A stretch of DNA of 63,539 bases, filler included, from Nemertoderma westbladi (lineage: Eukaryota > Animalia > Xenacoelomorpha): NCBI GenBank assembly GCA_032718475.1. It is 3 parts of 3 records of this genome, joined end to end, with 100 filler letters (N's around TTAATTAATTAA, not from the genome) between each part and the next. Parts side by side here need not be neighbours in the genome. Positions count along the whole stretch, not along the records: positions 1 to 29,223 come from JAUCBJ010002635.1; 2 more parts are not named here. One strand, given 5' to 3'. The notes below the pieces were generated by a model. That model was not told where the DNA came from and did no database searches. It saw nothing but the letters and a program-made list of their open reading frames with translations. Both the position numbers and the translations under genes were made by a program. Below are positions 12,161-23,559 of the stretch, in pieces (the first letter of the stretch is position 1; each line of letters starts with the position of its first letter).

Positions 12161-14386
12161 GGAAGTCGCGTTACGGCTAATTTTCAGAATAGCCGTAACG
12201 CAACTTTGAAACGTGAAGCGTTACGGCTACTCAAAAAGTCGCGTTACGGCTAATTGTCGCGTTACGGCTAATATATTGTCTTGGTTTTACATAGGGAATC
12301 ATTATCAATATTATTATATGGTGTTTACGTACAGATGAGAAAGGTTCGAAAAATTTAATGTAATAATGTTTTACAGCATGGGAGTATCCAGGGGGAGGGG
12401 GGGGGGGGGAATTTAACTAAAAAACTTAATTTATAAATTATTATATTATTTTTGTTGTATTGAGTACCACAGTACACAGTAGCATATAGGTAAATTGGTA
12501 TATCAGTATTTTGCATAGTATGATTCGGCCGCGAAGGGGTGGTTCGGTGGTGGGGTGGTTGGAATGGTTCAGCCGCGAAGGGGTGGTTCAGTGGTGGGGT
12601 GGGTTGGAATGGTTCGACCACGGAGGAGGGGTGGTTCGGGGGTGGATTGGGAAGAAATTGTTCGGCCGCGAAGGGGTGGTTCACTACACCAACATGCCAG
12701 TCGGGATCACCACCCCCTCCCATAATGCGGCTGGACTTTCAACTGGGTGGTCGGCGGCCGGAAGGACAGCCATTGCCTGCTTGTCAATCCCAAAACAGAA
12801 CGCCATACGGTCCAGGTAGAGAGCCAGGCGTTGGTTAACAACATCGATTTGAAGTAGTGGAATATGTTCCACAAAACCACTCATTGCTTCTTCGGCTGCT
12901 GTTATTGGCTGTAATCCGTATCTGTGCTTGAGGCTGTGATTAAGAATACCGTAGAATACAATATTATATTGAATGTGAGGTTGTCGAAGAATGTTCGCGC
13001 TTTTAGACCTTTAGCAGTTTAACCTGCCAATTTTAGTGGTCTTCTTATTTATAAATCGACTTTAGCCTAGGACAATTATTTAGTGTACTGAAGTTACATC
13101 CGCCGAAGCCAGTCTGTGCGCGATCATTCACCCACAGTTAAGGGAGACTGGATTCGGGCGCTTTGAAAGTTATTTCGGTGCAGACCTACGGTATTATTCG
13201 ATTGATCGTTACTATATAATCTCTGACAAATATATTTACTTTTGGGAAATATTAACAGTTCCTTTAGGACGTGGCGCTTTAAGTATAAAACAGAGTTATG
13301 ACTTATACTAATCACAACTAGATGGCTACTGAGTTTCGTAAATAGCGCATTCTTTAGGAGATGCTTTATTGTCTGTTACACTACTTCACACGACTTCCCA
13401 TTAATGCACACTGATCTGCCGGACGTCACTGAATTTGATCATATATAAGGAAGATCGCAACTGACACTTGTAGGGATTATGAAATAGCATTTAATTCACA
13501 CAAAAACCACTATAATTTAAGTCGCCGTTGCTACCGGTAAATCTGTTCCTCTTACCTTCAGTAATCAAGAAGATTGGGGGTTTTATGATTATTTATCGGT
13601 ATTCTCCAAATATAACAACATATCCAACAATATAACAACAATTAATAACAGAAGTAAAATAATGCGGTGAACAGTCAGTATGTGTTACGTAGTGCATTGA
13701 GTTCAGCAATGAGTCAGTAATGTTTCAGGTAGTGCTCCAGGTAGTGCTTCAGGGTAATAGATATACGTTCTTGTGATCAAAGCCATCAGATGTTTAGGCT
13801 AAAGTCTGAAACTTCCAACACAGAAGTAACAGAAGATTCAAAGCCGGTTCTCTGGCTCAGAAAAGTAAACAAAGACCGTAATGCATTGCGCGGTTTTCCG
13901 TAGGCCTCTGTACGAAATAAAATGAAAATCGCTCTGATTGGCTGAATAGGCAGAACAAAGAGGTTCCACGTTTACAGGAAATCAGCTGACAGATTTCGTC
14001 ATCTGAGCTCCAATCTTTTAGAGTGTTATGCGCATTGCGGCAAAAATGACTTGTTATGTCCGCTAAAGCACCTACACTGTGCATTGCGGGGAAAAATGAC
14101 TTGTTATGTTCGCAAAAGCTTTTACAAAGAACATACAGTATGAAAGACGGTAAAATACCCCCCCCCCCCCCCCCCCCCCCGGAGACTCCCATGCTGTAAA
14201 ACTTTATTACATTACATTTTTCGGTCCTCATCTGCACTTAAACACCATAGAATAATATTGATAATGATTCCCTATGTAAAACCAAGACAATAGATTAGCC
14301 GTAACGCGACTTTTAAAGTCGCGTTATGGCTAATCTCTCAAAAAATTAGCCGTAACGTGACATTAGCCGTAACGCGACGACACCGG
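12161..14386. mobile_element. Non-autonomous DNA transposon with ~240-bp TIRs built from GTCGCGTTACGGCTAA repeats
   Basis: 12161-12410 is the reverse complement of 14157-14386 (including ATTGTCTTGGTTTTACATAGGGAATCATTATCAATATTATT and a poly-G/poly-C run); internal ~46-bp triplicate at 12525-12682; left tip truncated, no TSD seen. Confidence 0.8.
12992..13831 (+). mobile_element. Solo-LTR-like element, copy A (~840 bp)
   Basis: TG...CA ends; GAAGA at 12986-12990 (then one extra A) and 13832-13836; TATATAAG at ~13442; collinear homology to copy B. Confidence 0.55.
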
Positions 14387-14439
14387 TCTGAATGGGTGTA
14401 TAAAGCAATTTCAGAAAAATACAGCATTACTTTTTGCAA

Positions 14440-15627
14440 AAAATTACATAAACGAAAAGTGCCATAGACTCAAAGGTAAAATAACACCAATGTTCATGAT
14501 GAAAAATGGCTTATGTAATTGATTTCTACACAGGCTTAGTATAAATCGATGAGGTTGCCAAGATTATTGTACTTAGTACACCCATACTGTTTGCTTAGGC
14601 CCTACTGCGTAAACTCCCAATCTACAAACTTGAAATTCTTCATAGGGTAGCATTAGTGTGTGTTAAATATTTTATACAGCTGAAGGCCTTCTCAGTCAAG
14701 ATATGGGCGAATGTGAATTTCTTACTAATTCCAGGTGAATGAATTTTCGTAATAATGTAGGCCTTCAACTGTAGTACAGTAGGTTATTAATAATGAATGG
14801 GGAGGGACCCAACTACGCTACGTTTGTCTATGGACGGCCTTCTTATAGCCAGCTTGCTGGCTTTTTATATCAACTGTGTTTCGTCTCTCAAAAGCAAAGA
14901 CACTAATCGAATTGCAATAAATACCGGAAAAGTACTAAAACTACCGAAAATATTCACTACATGTCGGTGAAAATTACTTTATATAGAGCCCAGAACCACG
15001 CTGAATCCAACGGTATTTACCCATATCGCGAGAGCCAGTAGTTTAGGAGATAGAGGAACAAACAAACATATATATATACATACATACACCATTTGAGCTT
15101 TAGATATAGATTATTATAACTAGAAAGCCAGCAAGCTGGCTTTAAACGGACCTGCCCCTCAAACGAGACCCTGTGTGAGCGAAAATTAAAACACGAAAAG
15201 TGCCATCAACTCAACGATAGAAACACCAGCTGCTGGTACTCATGAGGGTCTAGTAAGCTACAACTAGTATTGATTGAATGGATAGGCCCAAACTGCAGAG
15301 AAGTATATTACTTGCCAAATTTATTACTCTCACTCTATCCCAGACAGTAATCAAACATCAAATGTTAATTTGTACTGTATAATGTATTATACCCCGCCAG
15401 CTGAATAACTCTTCCCAGTGGATCCTATGGGAATACCTATAAGTTTACTCACTGCTATGATCACTCTACAGCAGATGGAAGGCCAGCTGATTGAATTGTA
15501 AATACTGGGCAGTAGTTCAAATGGTTTATAGGTTGATGATAATGAATGAGGATGAGGGGGGACCCAACTACACTATACGTTTGTCTATGGACGGTCTCCT
15601 TATAGCCAGCTTACTGGCTTTTCTAGT
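14440..15627. mobile_element. Two tandem copies of a Helitron/Helentron-like non-autonomous repeat
   Basis: CGAAAAGTGCCAT at ~14454 and ~15194; GGACCCAACTAC...CGTTTGTCTATGGACGG...AGCCAGCTT(G/A)CTGGCTTTT at 14805-14865 and 15560-15622; CTAG-ended inverted termini at ~15120 and ~15626; (ACAA)/(ACAT) microsatellite at 15057-15088. Superfamily is inferred. Confidence 0.55.
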
Positions 15628-15882
15628 TGAATCATATTATTCTGCAACCAATAAATTACTCTTTTAGACGAATTTGTGCGTTTTTTGCCGGACTAGCAAA
15701 TATTGGCGACGTTCTGTGCGAGATTGGCGATATTTGAAAAGATTCTGTGGCTAAAATATGTTGCCCAGATGACTGAATATCACAAATTAAAAAGATGGTG
15801 CATACTCGACGAGTTAAAATCGGTGAAAAACGCCACAAAAAATATACAGTCTTCTTTCTGCGCAACTAAAATTCATGTAGAG

Positions 15883-17692
15883 TGTTCGCGCTTTTAGACC
15901 TTTAACAGTTTATCCTGCTTGCTAATTTACGTGTCTTATATAATTTCGCTAGCCTGCACTAAAGTAGAACTATTGATAAAAGATAGTCTTGCGCGGCGTA
16001 TGACCCACCGTGTGTGGGAGACTGAATTCTATCGGTATAAAAGTAGGTTACTTTATATTATTCTATTGATTTCTACTATATAATCTCTCAAACTATGTTC
16101 ACTTTCAGGGTAGACCTAGTAATAGCAGTTCCTTTCAGATGCTGCGATTTAAATACTATACAGAGTTATGACTTACGATAATTACAACGGATGATTTAAT
16201 AGAGGCACTGTTATTTACATCCTTTAGGGATGTAGTATTATGTACTCACCCTCACTCCAATGACAATAATACTGGAATACACTGATTTGCTGACTAGTAC
16301 CAATTTTGCTCATGTATAAGGAGAATTTCAGCTCACTCATGTTGGTATTATGAAATAGCATAAATATCACACAAACCACACGAACCGAAATAGTTACTCG
16401 AACTTCCCTTCTGCTTACCTCTTAATAATAAAGAAAGTTAGTTGAGATTATCGATTATGTATACGTGTTCTCCAAATATAAACATCGAGCAATAATATTA
16501 CCAAATAAACAATGAACAACAGTACAAAGCAGTAAAATACGGGCGGTGACGGCAATAATGCAGTGTAGAGAATCAGCAGTGCAGTCAGATGTTACACAGA
16601 GAATGATGAATGAGTGATTAGGTAACTTTTACAGTGCTCTATAATTTATGCCACAGTTCTTTCGGGCTAGCACTATCAAGACTGCCGGAATTTAGGCGTA
16701 CTATATATACAAGGCCATGCCATCTAGTTAAGTGGGGGCGGTGACTGGGGGCAAGATTTTTTTTACAACAATTTGATATTTTGATATGGGGAGAGTTCTA
16801 TAAATTTTCATTTTCTGCAATTTGGTCAATGGATGTAATTGAAGCATCCTCGTTAAGTAAGATACAAAATTTTATGGTAGCTAGTGTTTTACGTAGGTTT
16901 AGCTAGTAATTTCGACACTGGTTCCGACATCCTACTTCCCTCTATAAATATTTAGTAGGAGCTAGTTCTTGTTACTATTTGTATAGAAAATGTTCCAGAA
17001 GATGTTAGCTATTCATTTTTTTTTTAATTATGTTCTAGAACAAATATTTTTTGTTCTAGAACATATTTTAGAAAAAAATCTGGATTCTATTTAAAACGCA
17101 TGGAATCGTTCTAAAACGATTCACATTCTCGTTCTGAATCGTTCGTTCTTTTTTTCAAAAAATTTTATTCACAATTTCTTTTCACAATTTTTTTTTCACA
17201 ATTTTTTTAATTAATTTTAAACACGTTTTACTGTAGAACGATTCCATGCGTTTTAAATAGAATCCAGAAATTTTTCTAAAAAATGTTCTAGAACAAAAAA
17301 TAATTGTTCTAGAACACAATTTTTAAAAAAATGAATAGCTAACATTTTCTGTAACATTTTCTATACAACTAGTAATAAGAACTAGCTACTACCTACTAAA
17401 TATTTATAGAAGTAGGATGTCGGAACCAGTGTTGAAATTACTAGCTAAACCTTATCTAAAATACTAGCTACCATAAAATTTAGATCTTACTTAACGAGGA
17501 TGCTTCAATTACGTCCGTTGACCAAATTGCAGCAAATGAAAATTTATAGAACTCTCCCCATATCAAAATATCAAATTGTTGTAAAAAAAAATCTTGCCCC
17601 CAGACACCGCCCCCAGTTAACTCGATGGCATGGCCTTGTATATAGTACGCCTTGTATGCACTACACTGAAGTATCAACAAAAAGGTGAGTCA
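15883..17692 (+). mobile_element. Solo-LTR-like element, copy B (~850 bp after removing the nested MITE)
   Basis: TGTTCGCG...GAGTCA flanked by 5-bp TAGAG at 15878-15882 and 17693-17697; first 22 nt identical to copy A; length matches copy A once 16694-17652 is removed. Confidence 0.6.
16694..17652. mobile_element. Palindromic (foldback) MITE, ~430-bp arms
   Basis: AGGCGTACTATATA(TA)CAAGGCCATGCCATC... is reverse-complemented at ...GATGGCATGGCCTTGTATATAGTACGCCT; centre ~17130-17230. Confidence 0.92.
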
Positions 17693-18424
17693 TAGAGATC
17701 TCGGAATTTTGGTCAAAATTCCAATCAAGAGCCAGTACTCCTTGTCAGCTGCCCGTAACCCATGGAAACAGAATTTCTGTGTAATGGAACTCTACGGAGT
17801 AAGGAAAGTGAAAATTGCCCTGATTGGTCGTTTTAATATAACAGGGGCTGCCTGACAAATGAACCATGGTGTTGTTCATGGGCCGTTCAAGGCAGCTGTG
17901 TTGCAATGCGGCAATTCAAAGCCGTATACCAAAATCGAACACAGTAAGGCGTACGTTTATATGTTCTCAACAACCTTGAGAGATTGCTGCGTTTTAGAGT
18001 AGATAGCAAATTGCACAAAAATATATATTTTGCCGCAAAAGCTTTTACATAGAGTTTGCTTTTAAAATTTTGCGTACCTGCTTGAGTTTTATGTATGTAT
18101 AACCATCCAATTTCTCAAAAACGCACTATTATTATATACATACAATAATAACCAACCACATCGTGTTTTTGAACGGCTCAACTCTTGACAAGAACTACCC
18201 TGGCCTATTAATAGGCAGGTTCGTTATTATATTACTGTAGTTTGAACGGTGAAACTTGACAGATAGGATACGGATGTCAGAGAGGAGTTGAGACACAGAG
18301 AGGTTACATAAGTCAAATATGCAAACACCCAAACGGAATCTTGATTTGCACCAATCGTACGTACAGTACAGCATTAGCAGGTTTGGGTTAAAACTTTAAC
18401 AGCAAAAGTTAATTGTAAGTGGTC

Positions 18425-19443
18425 GTTAGAATATCAGAGGCTCTACAAACACATTTAGTTAGAATATCAGAGGCTCTACAAACACATTTAGTTAGAATAT
18501 CAGAGGCTCTACAAACACATTTAGTTAGAATATCAGAGGCTCTACAAACACATATAGTTAGAATATCAGAGGCTCTACAAACACATTTAGTTAGAATATC
18601 AGAGGCTCTACAAACACATTTAGTTAGAATATCAGAGGCTCTACAAACACATTTAGTTAGAATATCAGAGGCTCTACAAACATTTAGTTAGAATATCAGA
18701 GGCTCTACAAACACATTTAGTTAGAATATCAGAGGCTCTACAAACACATTTAGTTAGAATATCAGAGGCTCTACAAACACATATAGTTAGAATATCAGAG
18801 GCTCTACAAACACATTTAGTTAGAATATCAGAGGCTCTACAAACACATTTAGTTAGAATATCAGAGGCTCTACAAACACATTTAGTTAGAATATCAGAGG
18901 CTCTACAAACACATTTAGTTAGAATATCAGAGGCTCTACAAACACATTTAGTTAGAATATCAGAGGCTCTACAAACACATTTAGTTAGAATATCAGAGGC
19001 TCTACAAACACATTTAGTTAGAATATCAGAGGCTCTACAAACACATTTAGTTAGAATATCAGAGGCTCTACAAACACATATAGTTAGAATATCAGAGGCT
19101 CTACAAACACATTTAGTTAGAATATCAGAGGCTCTACAAACACATATAGTTAGAATATCAGAGGCTCTACAAACACATTTAGTTAGAATATCAGAGGCTC
19201 TACAAACACATTTAGTTAGAATATCAGAGGCTCTACAAACACATATAGTTAGAATATCAGAGGCTCTACAAACACATTTAGTTAGAATATCAGAGGCTCT
19301 ACAAACACATTTAGTTAGAATATCAGAGGCTCTACAAACACATTTAGTTAGAATATCAGAGGCTCTACAAACATTTAGTTAGAATATCAGAGGCTCTACA
19401 AACACATTTAGTTAGAATATCAGAGGCTCTACAAACACATTTA
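18425..19443. repeat. 33-bp minisatellite, ~31 nearly identical copies, starting ~12 nt inside the FReD intron
   Basis: Unit GTTAGAATATCAGAGGCTCTACAAACACATTTA; only a T>A variant and a 2-bp deletion variant seen. Confidence 0.97.
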
Positions 19444-19455
19444 TAACTAACTTAC

Positions 19456-19560
19456 ATTGTCTCTTTCAACCAATTCGTTTGAGTCCCCATGACTCTCTCC
19501 AAGACACTCCACAGCAAAGAGAGCTGCAAGAGTTAAAAGTAGAAGAGTTCCCTTGAACAT
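19456..19560 (-). CDS. First coding exon (signal peptide plus acidic segment) of the FReD gene
   Basis: Manual translation MFKGTLLLLTLAALFAVECLGESHGDSNELVERDN (35 codons); AAAATG start context; canonical GTAAGT donor in phase 0, matching the phase-0 acceptor at 11658. The join is inferred. Confidence 0.8.
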
Positions 19561-19960
19561 TTTAGGGTAAATTGAATACTAAATACGAAATTGAATACGA
19601 AAATGAATACGAACTAAAATACAATACTGAGAATGAATATATAACGACACTAACACGCAATATAAAACGCAACCTTGTAAACATTAAATACTTGCTGCTA
19701 CATAGTGGAAGCAAAGTAGCGCAATGTTAGTAAATGGAACAGAATAAATAATTGGTGTGTTTTATGGAAAAATAAAGTAACAGACTGATAGACCAACACA
19801 GACTAGGTGCCTTAGAGACCAGCCGTTACATCTACGGATATTGGTTTCGGTGAACTAGCGAAGATCAAATAATTTATATGAAGAAATAGTTTGAATTCCT
19901 ACTTGATGTAGTCATGCTGTATAGCTGCATTATATAAGGCAATATATGACTAACTATCCA

Positions 19961-20016
19961 GGAGGGATCGAACTGGTGACCTCCAATTTGTAAGTCTGAC
20001 CATCTGACCGGAAGCC
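19961..20016 (-). mobile_element. tRNA-derived SINE head fragment
   Basis: Minus strand GGTCAGATGGTCAGACTTACAAATTGGAGGTCACCAGTTCGATCCCTCC carries a B-box-like GTTCGATCCC; no complete cloverleaf. Confidence 0.45.
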
Positions 20017-20664
20017 CCCCCCCCCCCCATATTTTTCTACAAATCTTTATCATATTGCTTGAAATTTGAAACACAACTAGTTCCACTCACCGTCGATGTC
20101 CACATGAAGCCGGGATTTTCGATTTTGCTTGTAAATTTTTTTCATAAGCGTTTTAAAATAAAGTTATTAAATAGAATAAATGGCCTGCAGCGATATGAAT
20201 GACACATAACAATGTTCATATTCAATAAAAAGCATAGCAACAATTGTTTCTATTACTTATAATATAGACATTAATGTATCTCTGTATCAGTGTAGGCAGT
20301 TGTAAAAGCAACCCCGTAACCTATAATTTAACTTTATTATTCATTACTTTAGTTTTTGTTATGGGCAAAAATTGTAAATTTCTATGGACCATTTTACAAA
20401 TTTTAAGCTGCGGGGCATATAAATTCAGATATAGCAAATCCAGAAAAATCCCGATAGTTTTCCATCGGGATCCCGTTGCAACACTAATATGTTCATTAAA
20501 AAGGTAAATTATACCATCCATCAATAAAAAGTGCAGATTCAATAACAATGCTTAAACAAATATCGTTAAGTAGGCCGTTCCGACCGGAATATAATGGTGT
20601 GACTTCCCATATATCCACATAAACCGGTAGGATAATTACAGAATTCTACCCTAATCTAAAAACA

Positions 20665-21384
20665 TCACAACAAATCCCAAGCTTCCTCAAACCCGGTACA
20701 AACTTTAGCACAAGTCAGCGCGGCTGACAGTGCGTAACTACACACAGAAACGGATTGGTCTATGTAGGGAGCCGTTACCGAGCCGTGAGCCATCGCTCCG
20801 ACAACTAAAACAACCGGTCCGTCAGTAGCCAGTTCCCTTGGTACAACCTGGCGGTCCGCCTTGTGGGACAGGCAGACTCTAGGCACGCCTGTCGGTAGGT
20901 GATCAGTTACAGGATTCTTTATAACCTTTAATAATTGTATCGGACCGTCGGCCGATCGAACTTTTAATTTGTGTAAAAGTTGAACCATTAAACCGCAGAA
21001 TCGGTCAAAAGTTCGAGGTATTCGAGTTTGCGGGTGGACTTTAATCAATATATTTCGCGCCGTGTGTATGTAAACTTCTAGTTTGCCGACTTTGTTCAGC
21101 GGACTGTCCATTAACATGAGTAACGACTGATGCGTTATATCCGGTCGACATTCGGCCGGGTCTCGCTTCACTTTCTTCATTAGATGACGGTGACGGTCGC
21201 AGTTTAACAGCTCGAAATCCTGGCCGACTTTAATCGTCTCCAGGGATGCGTGCTCGAGGATTACTATCAAACGCTTTTCCATTTCCTTGTCGTGCAACGA
21301 TTTAAAGTGTTTTGGTATCTGAGCGTCTTGGGTTTCGTTGTCATCACCTTTTGGACCCCGATATCGTTTTAGTGATTTGGCCAT
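20665..21384 (-). CDS. EMG1: Ribosomal RNA small subunit methyltransferase NEP1 (SPOUT family), single exon, 239 aa
   Basis: RLIVILEHASLE, ELLNCD, RPDITHQSLLMLMDSPLNK, PQTRIPRTFDRFCGLMVQLLHK, LLKVIKNPVTDHLP, VGAMAHG and LSAALTCAK..FEEAW motifs; complete ORF. Confidence 0.97.
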   Translation of the reverse strand: MAKSLKRYRGPKGDDNETQDAQIPKHFKSLHDKEMEKRLIVILEHASLETIKVGQDFELLNCDRHRHLMKKVKRDPAECRPDITHQSLLMLMDSPLNKVGKLEVYIHTARNILIKVHPQTRIPRTFDRFCGLMVQLLHKLKVRSADGPIQLLKVIKNPVTDHLPTGVPRVCLSHKADRQVVPRELATDGPVVLVVGAMAHGSVTAPYIDQSVSVCSYALSAALTCAKVCTGFEEAWDLL

Positions 21385-21520
21385 TTTAATTTTGCTACTA
21401 TATACCTATACTTTCTTTTTACTGCAGAAGGCCTACTGCTGTACTGCAGTACAGAACTCAGATACTAATCTGCTAATCAGACTCTACAGCAAACTGGAAA
21501 AAACTGAATACAAGCAGGTG

Positions 21521-21779
21521 TTTGAAAAAGGTGGACTGGACACAGAAAACATGGACAATGGACAGACCAATCAGAAACGTATTAAGAGAAGCAGTTTGTA
21601 GCGATTGGGCTGTCCACCTTTTTCAAGTTTTCGCTTTCTTAATTACATAATTGGGAAATTGTCTGTTTCAAAAAGGTGGACTGGACACAGGCACATAAAA
21701 CAGAGATAATTTAGTCTGACCAATCAGAAACGTATTAAGCAATGCTGTTTTGTAGTGATTGGACTGTCCACCTTTTTAA
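21521..21779. repeat. Two tandem ~105-bp inverted-ended units carrying CCAAT boxes, upstream of EMG1
   Basis: AAAAGGTGGAC...GACCAATCAGAAACGTATTAAG...GATTGG(G/A)CTGTCCACCTTTT occurs twice (21525-21622, 21670-21777). Confidence 0.75.
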
Positions 21780-21806
21780 GGTTTCAATTATCTATCTATA
21801 ATGGTA

Positions 21807-22968
21807 GGTGCTAAAATACACAACGAGCAACAATGAGCAACAACGAGCAACAATTAATAATGAGCAACAACGAGCAACAACGAGCAATAATAAAAGTACA
21901 ACAACGAGAAACAATGAGCAACAACGAGCAACAATGAGCAACAACGAGCAACAATGAGCAACAACGAGCAACAATGAGCAACAACAAGCAATAATAAAGT
22001 ACAACAACGAGTAACAATGAGCAACAACGAGCAACAAACGAGCAACAATGAGTAACAATGAGCAACAACGAGCAACAAACGAGCAACAATGAGTAACAAT
22101 GTGGAATACGTAAAGATTTTGTATGCACACTAAACCGCGCGCGATGTTATATCAATTGCTTCACAGCAAAATCTAATGATAATAGTGTCTACTTGTCCAG
22201 AGGAAATAATGTAAAATCTTATTGGTTTATTACGTTTGAGGATGCCCGTAATAGTGAAAACGGAAACAGACATACAGGAATAATTGTTGGACGTTGTTGT
22301 TCGTTGTTGCTCGTAGTTGCTCATTGTTGCTCGGTGTTGCTCGTTGTTGCTCATTGTTTCTAGTTGTTGCACTTTATTATTGCTTGTTGTTGACCATTGT
22401 TGCTCATTGTTGCTCGTTGTTGTACTTTATTATTGCTCGTTGATGCTCATTGCTGCTCATTGTTGCCCGATGTTGCTCATTGTTGCTCGTTGTTGTACTT
22501 TATTATTGCTCGTTGTTGCTCGTTGTTGCGCTCATTGTTGTTCGTTGTTGCTCATTGTTGTTCGTTGTTGCTCATTGTTGTTCGTTGTTGTACTTTATTA
22601 TTGCTCATTGTTGCTCGTTGTTGCTCATTGTTGTTCATTGTTGCTCGTTGTTGTACTTTATTATTACTCATTGTTGCTCATTGTTGTTCGTTGTTGCTCG
22701 TTGTTGTACTTTATTATTGCTCGTTGTTGCTCATTGTTGCTCGTTGTTGCGTTCATTGTTGTTCGTTGTTGCTCATTGTTGTTCATTGTTGCCCGTTGTT
22801 GTACTTTATTATTACTCATTGTTGCTCATTGTTGTTCGTTGTTGCTCGTTGTTGTACTTCATTATTGCTCGTTGTTGCTCATTGTTGCTCGTTGTTGCTC
22901 GTTGTTGCTCATTGTTGCTCATTGTTGCTCGTTGTTGGTCATTGTTGCTCGTTGTGCATTTTAGCACC
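21807..22968. mobile_element. Foldback element whose arms are ACAA(C/T)GAGCA tandem arrays
   Basis: TIR GGTGCTAAAAT(A/G)CACAACGAGC at both ends, TA on both flanks; arrays inverted about a ~180-bp unique core (22100-22285). Confidence 0.9.
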
Positions 22969-23559
22969 TACAATATATAATCCGCATGCTTGAAGCAGCT
23001 GCATTAAGAATACCATGCCGGGCTGTCGACAAAATTGCGCCGCCACAACTCCATCACCCTTGACTTTCGCAAAGATTATCCGCAACTTCAACGCCAGTTT
23101 CTTCTCAAAGAGCCGTCTCAAAGAAAGTCATGGTCTTCAATAGGGTTGGTGCGCGGAAAAATTGTTGGGCTAGAAACAATTGAATAAGGGGTAACAAGGT
23201 GCCCTGAATCGAGTGGCGTGGGGTGATTGTTGTAAAAAAAACGGCGGGTTTAAGTAAGAGCGGGAAGCCAATTTTGAAAATCGGCTGTGATTGGCTGCTA
23301 CAAATTTGACGTCACTACAAAGTGCTCTGATAATTTCTTAGATTGTTTTCTATGGAGGGTGATTTTAGACCCATTCAAATTTCAGATACACATTTAATCT
23401 CAATAATTTCACACGTGGCTTATATCAATTGAAATCGGAGAGTCCTGCGTGTACTTTGACACTATAATTAATTAAATTCATGGTGATCAACATTGATAAA
23501 ATAAATCAATTCACAATTAAAAACTCGCAGATTGCCTGACCGGTATGCAGCCACTCAAC

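Noticed and set aside
12355-12884. Pro-rich ORFs as extra FReD exons
   Set aside because: Derive from a ~46-bp triplicate inside a TIR element; no phase-compatible splice pair found
13140-13230. Group I intron core (minus-strand TCAGAGATTA ... CCAGTCTC resembling R and S elements)
   Set aside because: Only a loose match; P3/P4/P6 elements and a host gene could not be identified, and copy B does not preserve the R-like context
18425-19443. 33-bp array as a CRISPR array or a repeat protein (LVRISEALQTH)n
   Set aside because: No unique spacers and no cas genes; eukaryotic context; the ORF is a by-product of a period divisible by 3 and is broken by 2-bp deletions
21792-22993. Cys/Leu-rich ORFs in many frames
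   Set aside because: Translations of the 10/13-bp foldback arrays; open in several frames on both strands
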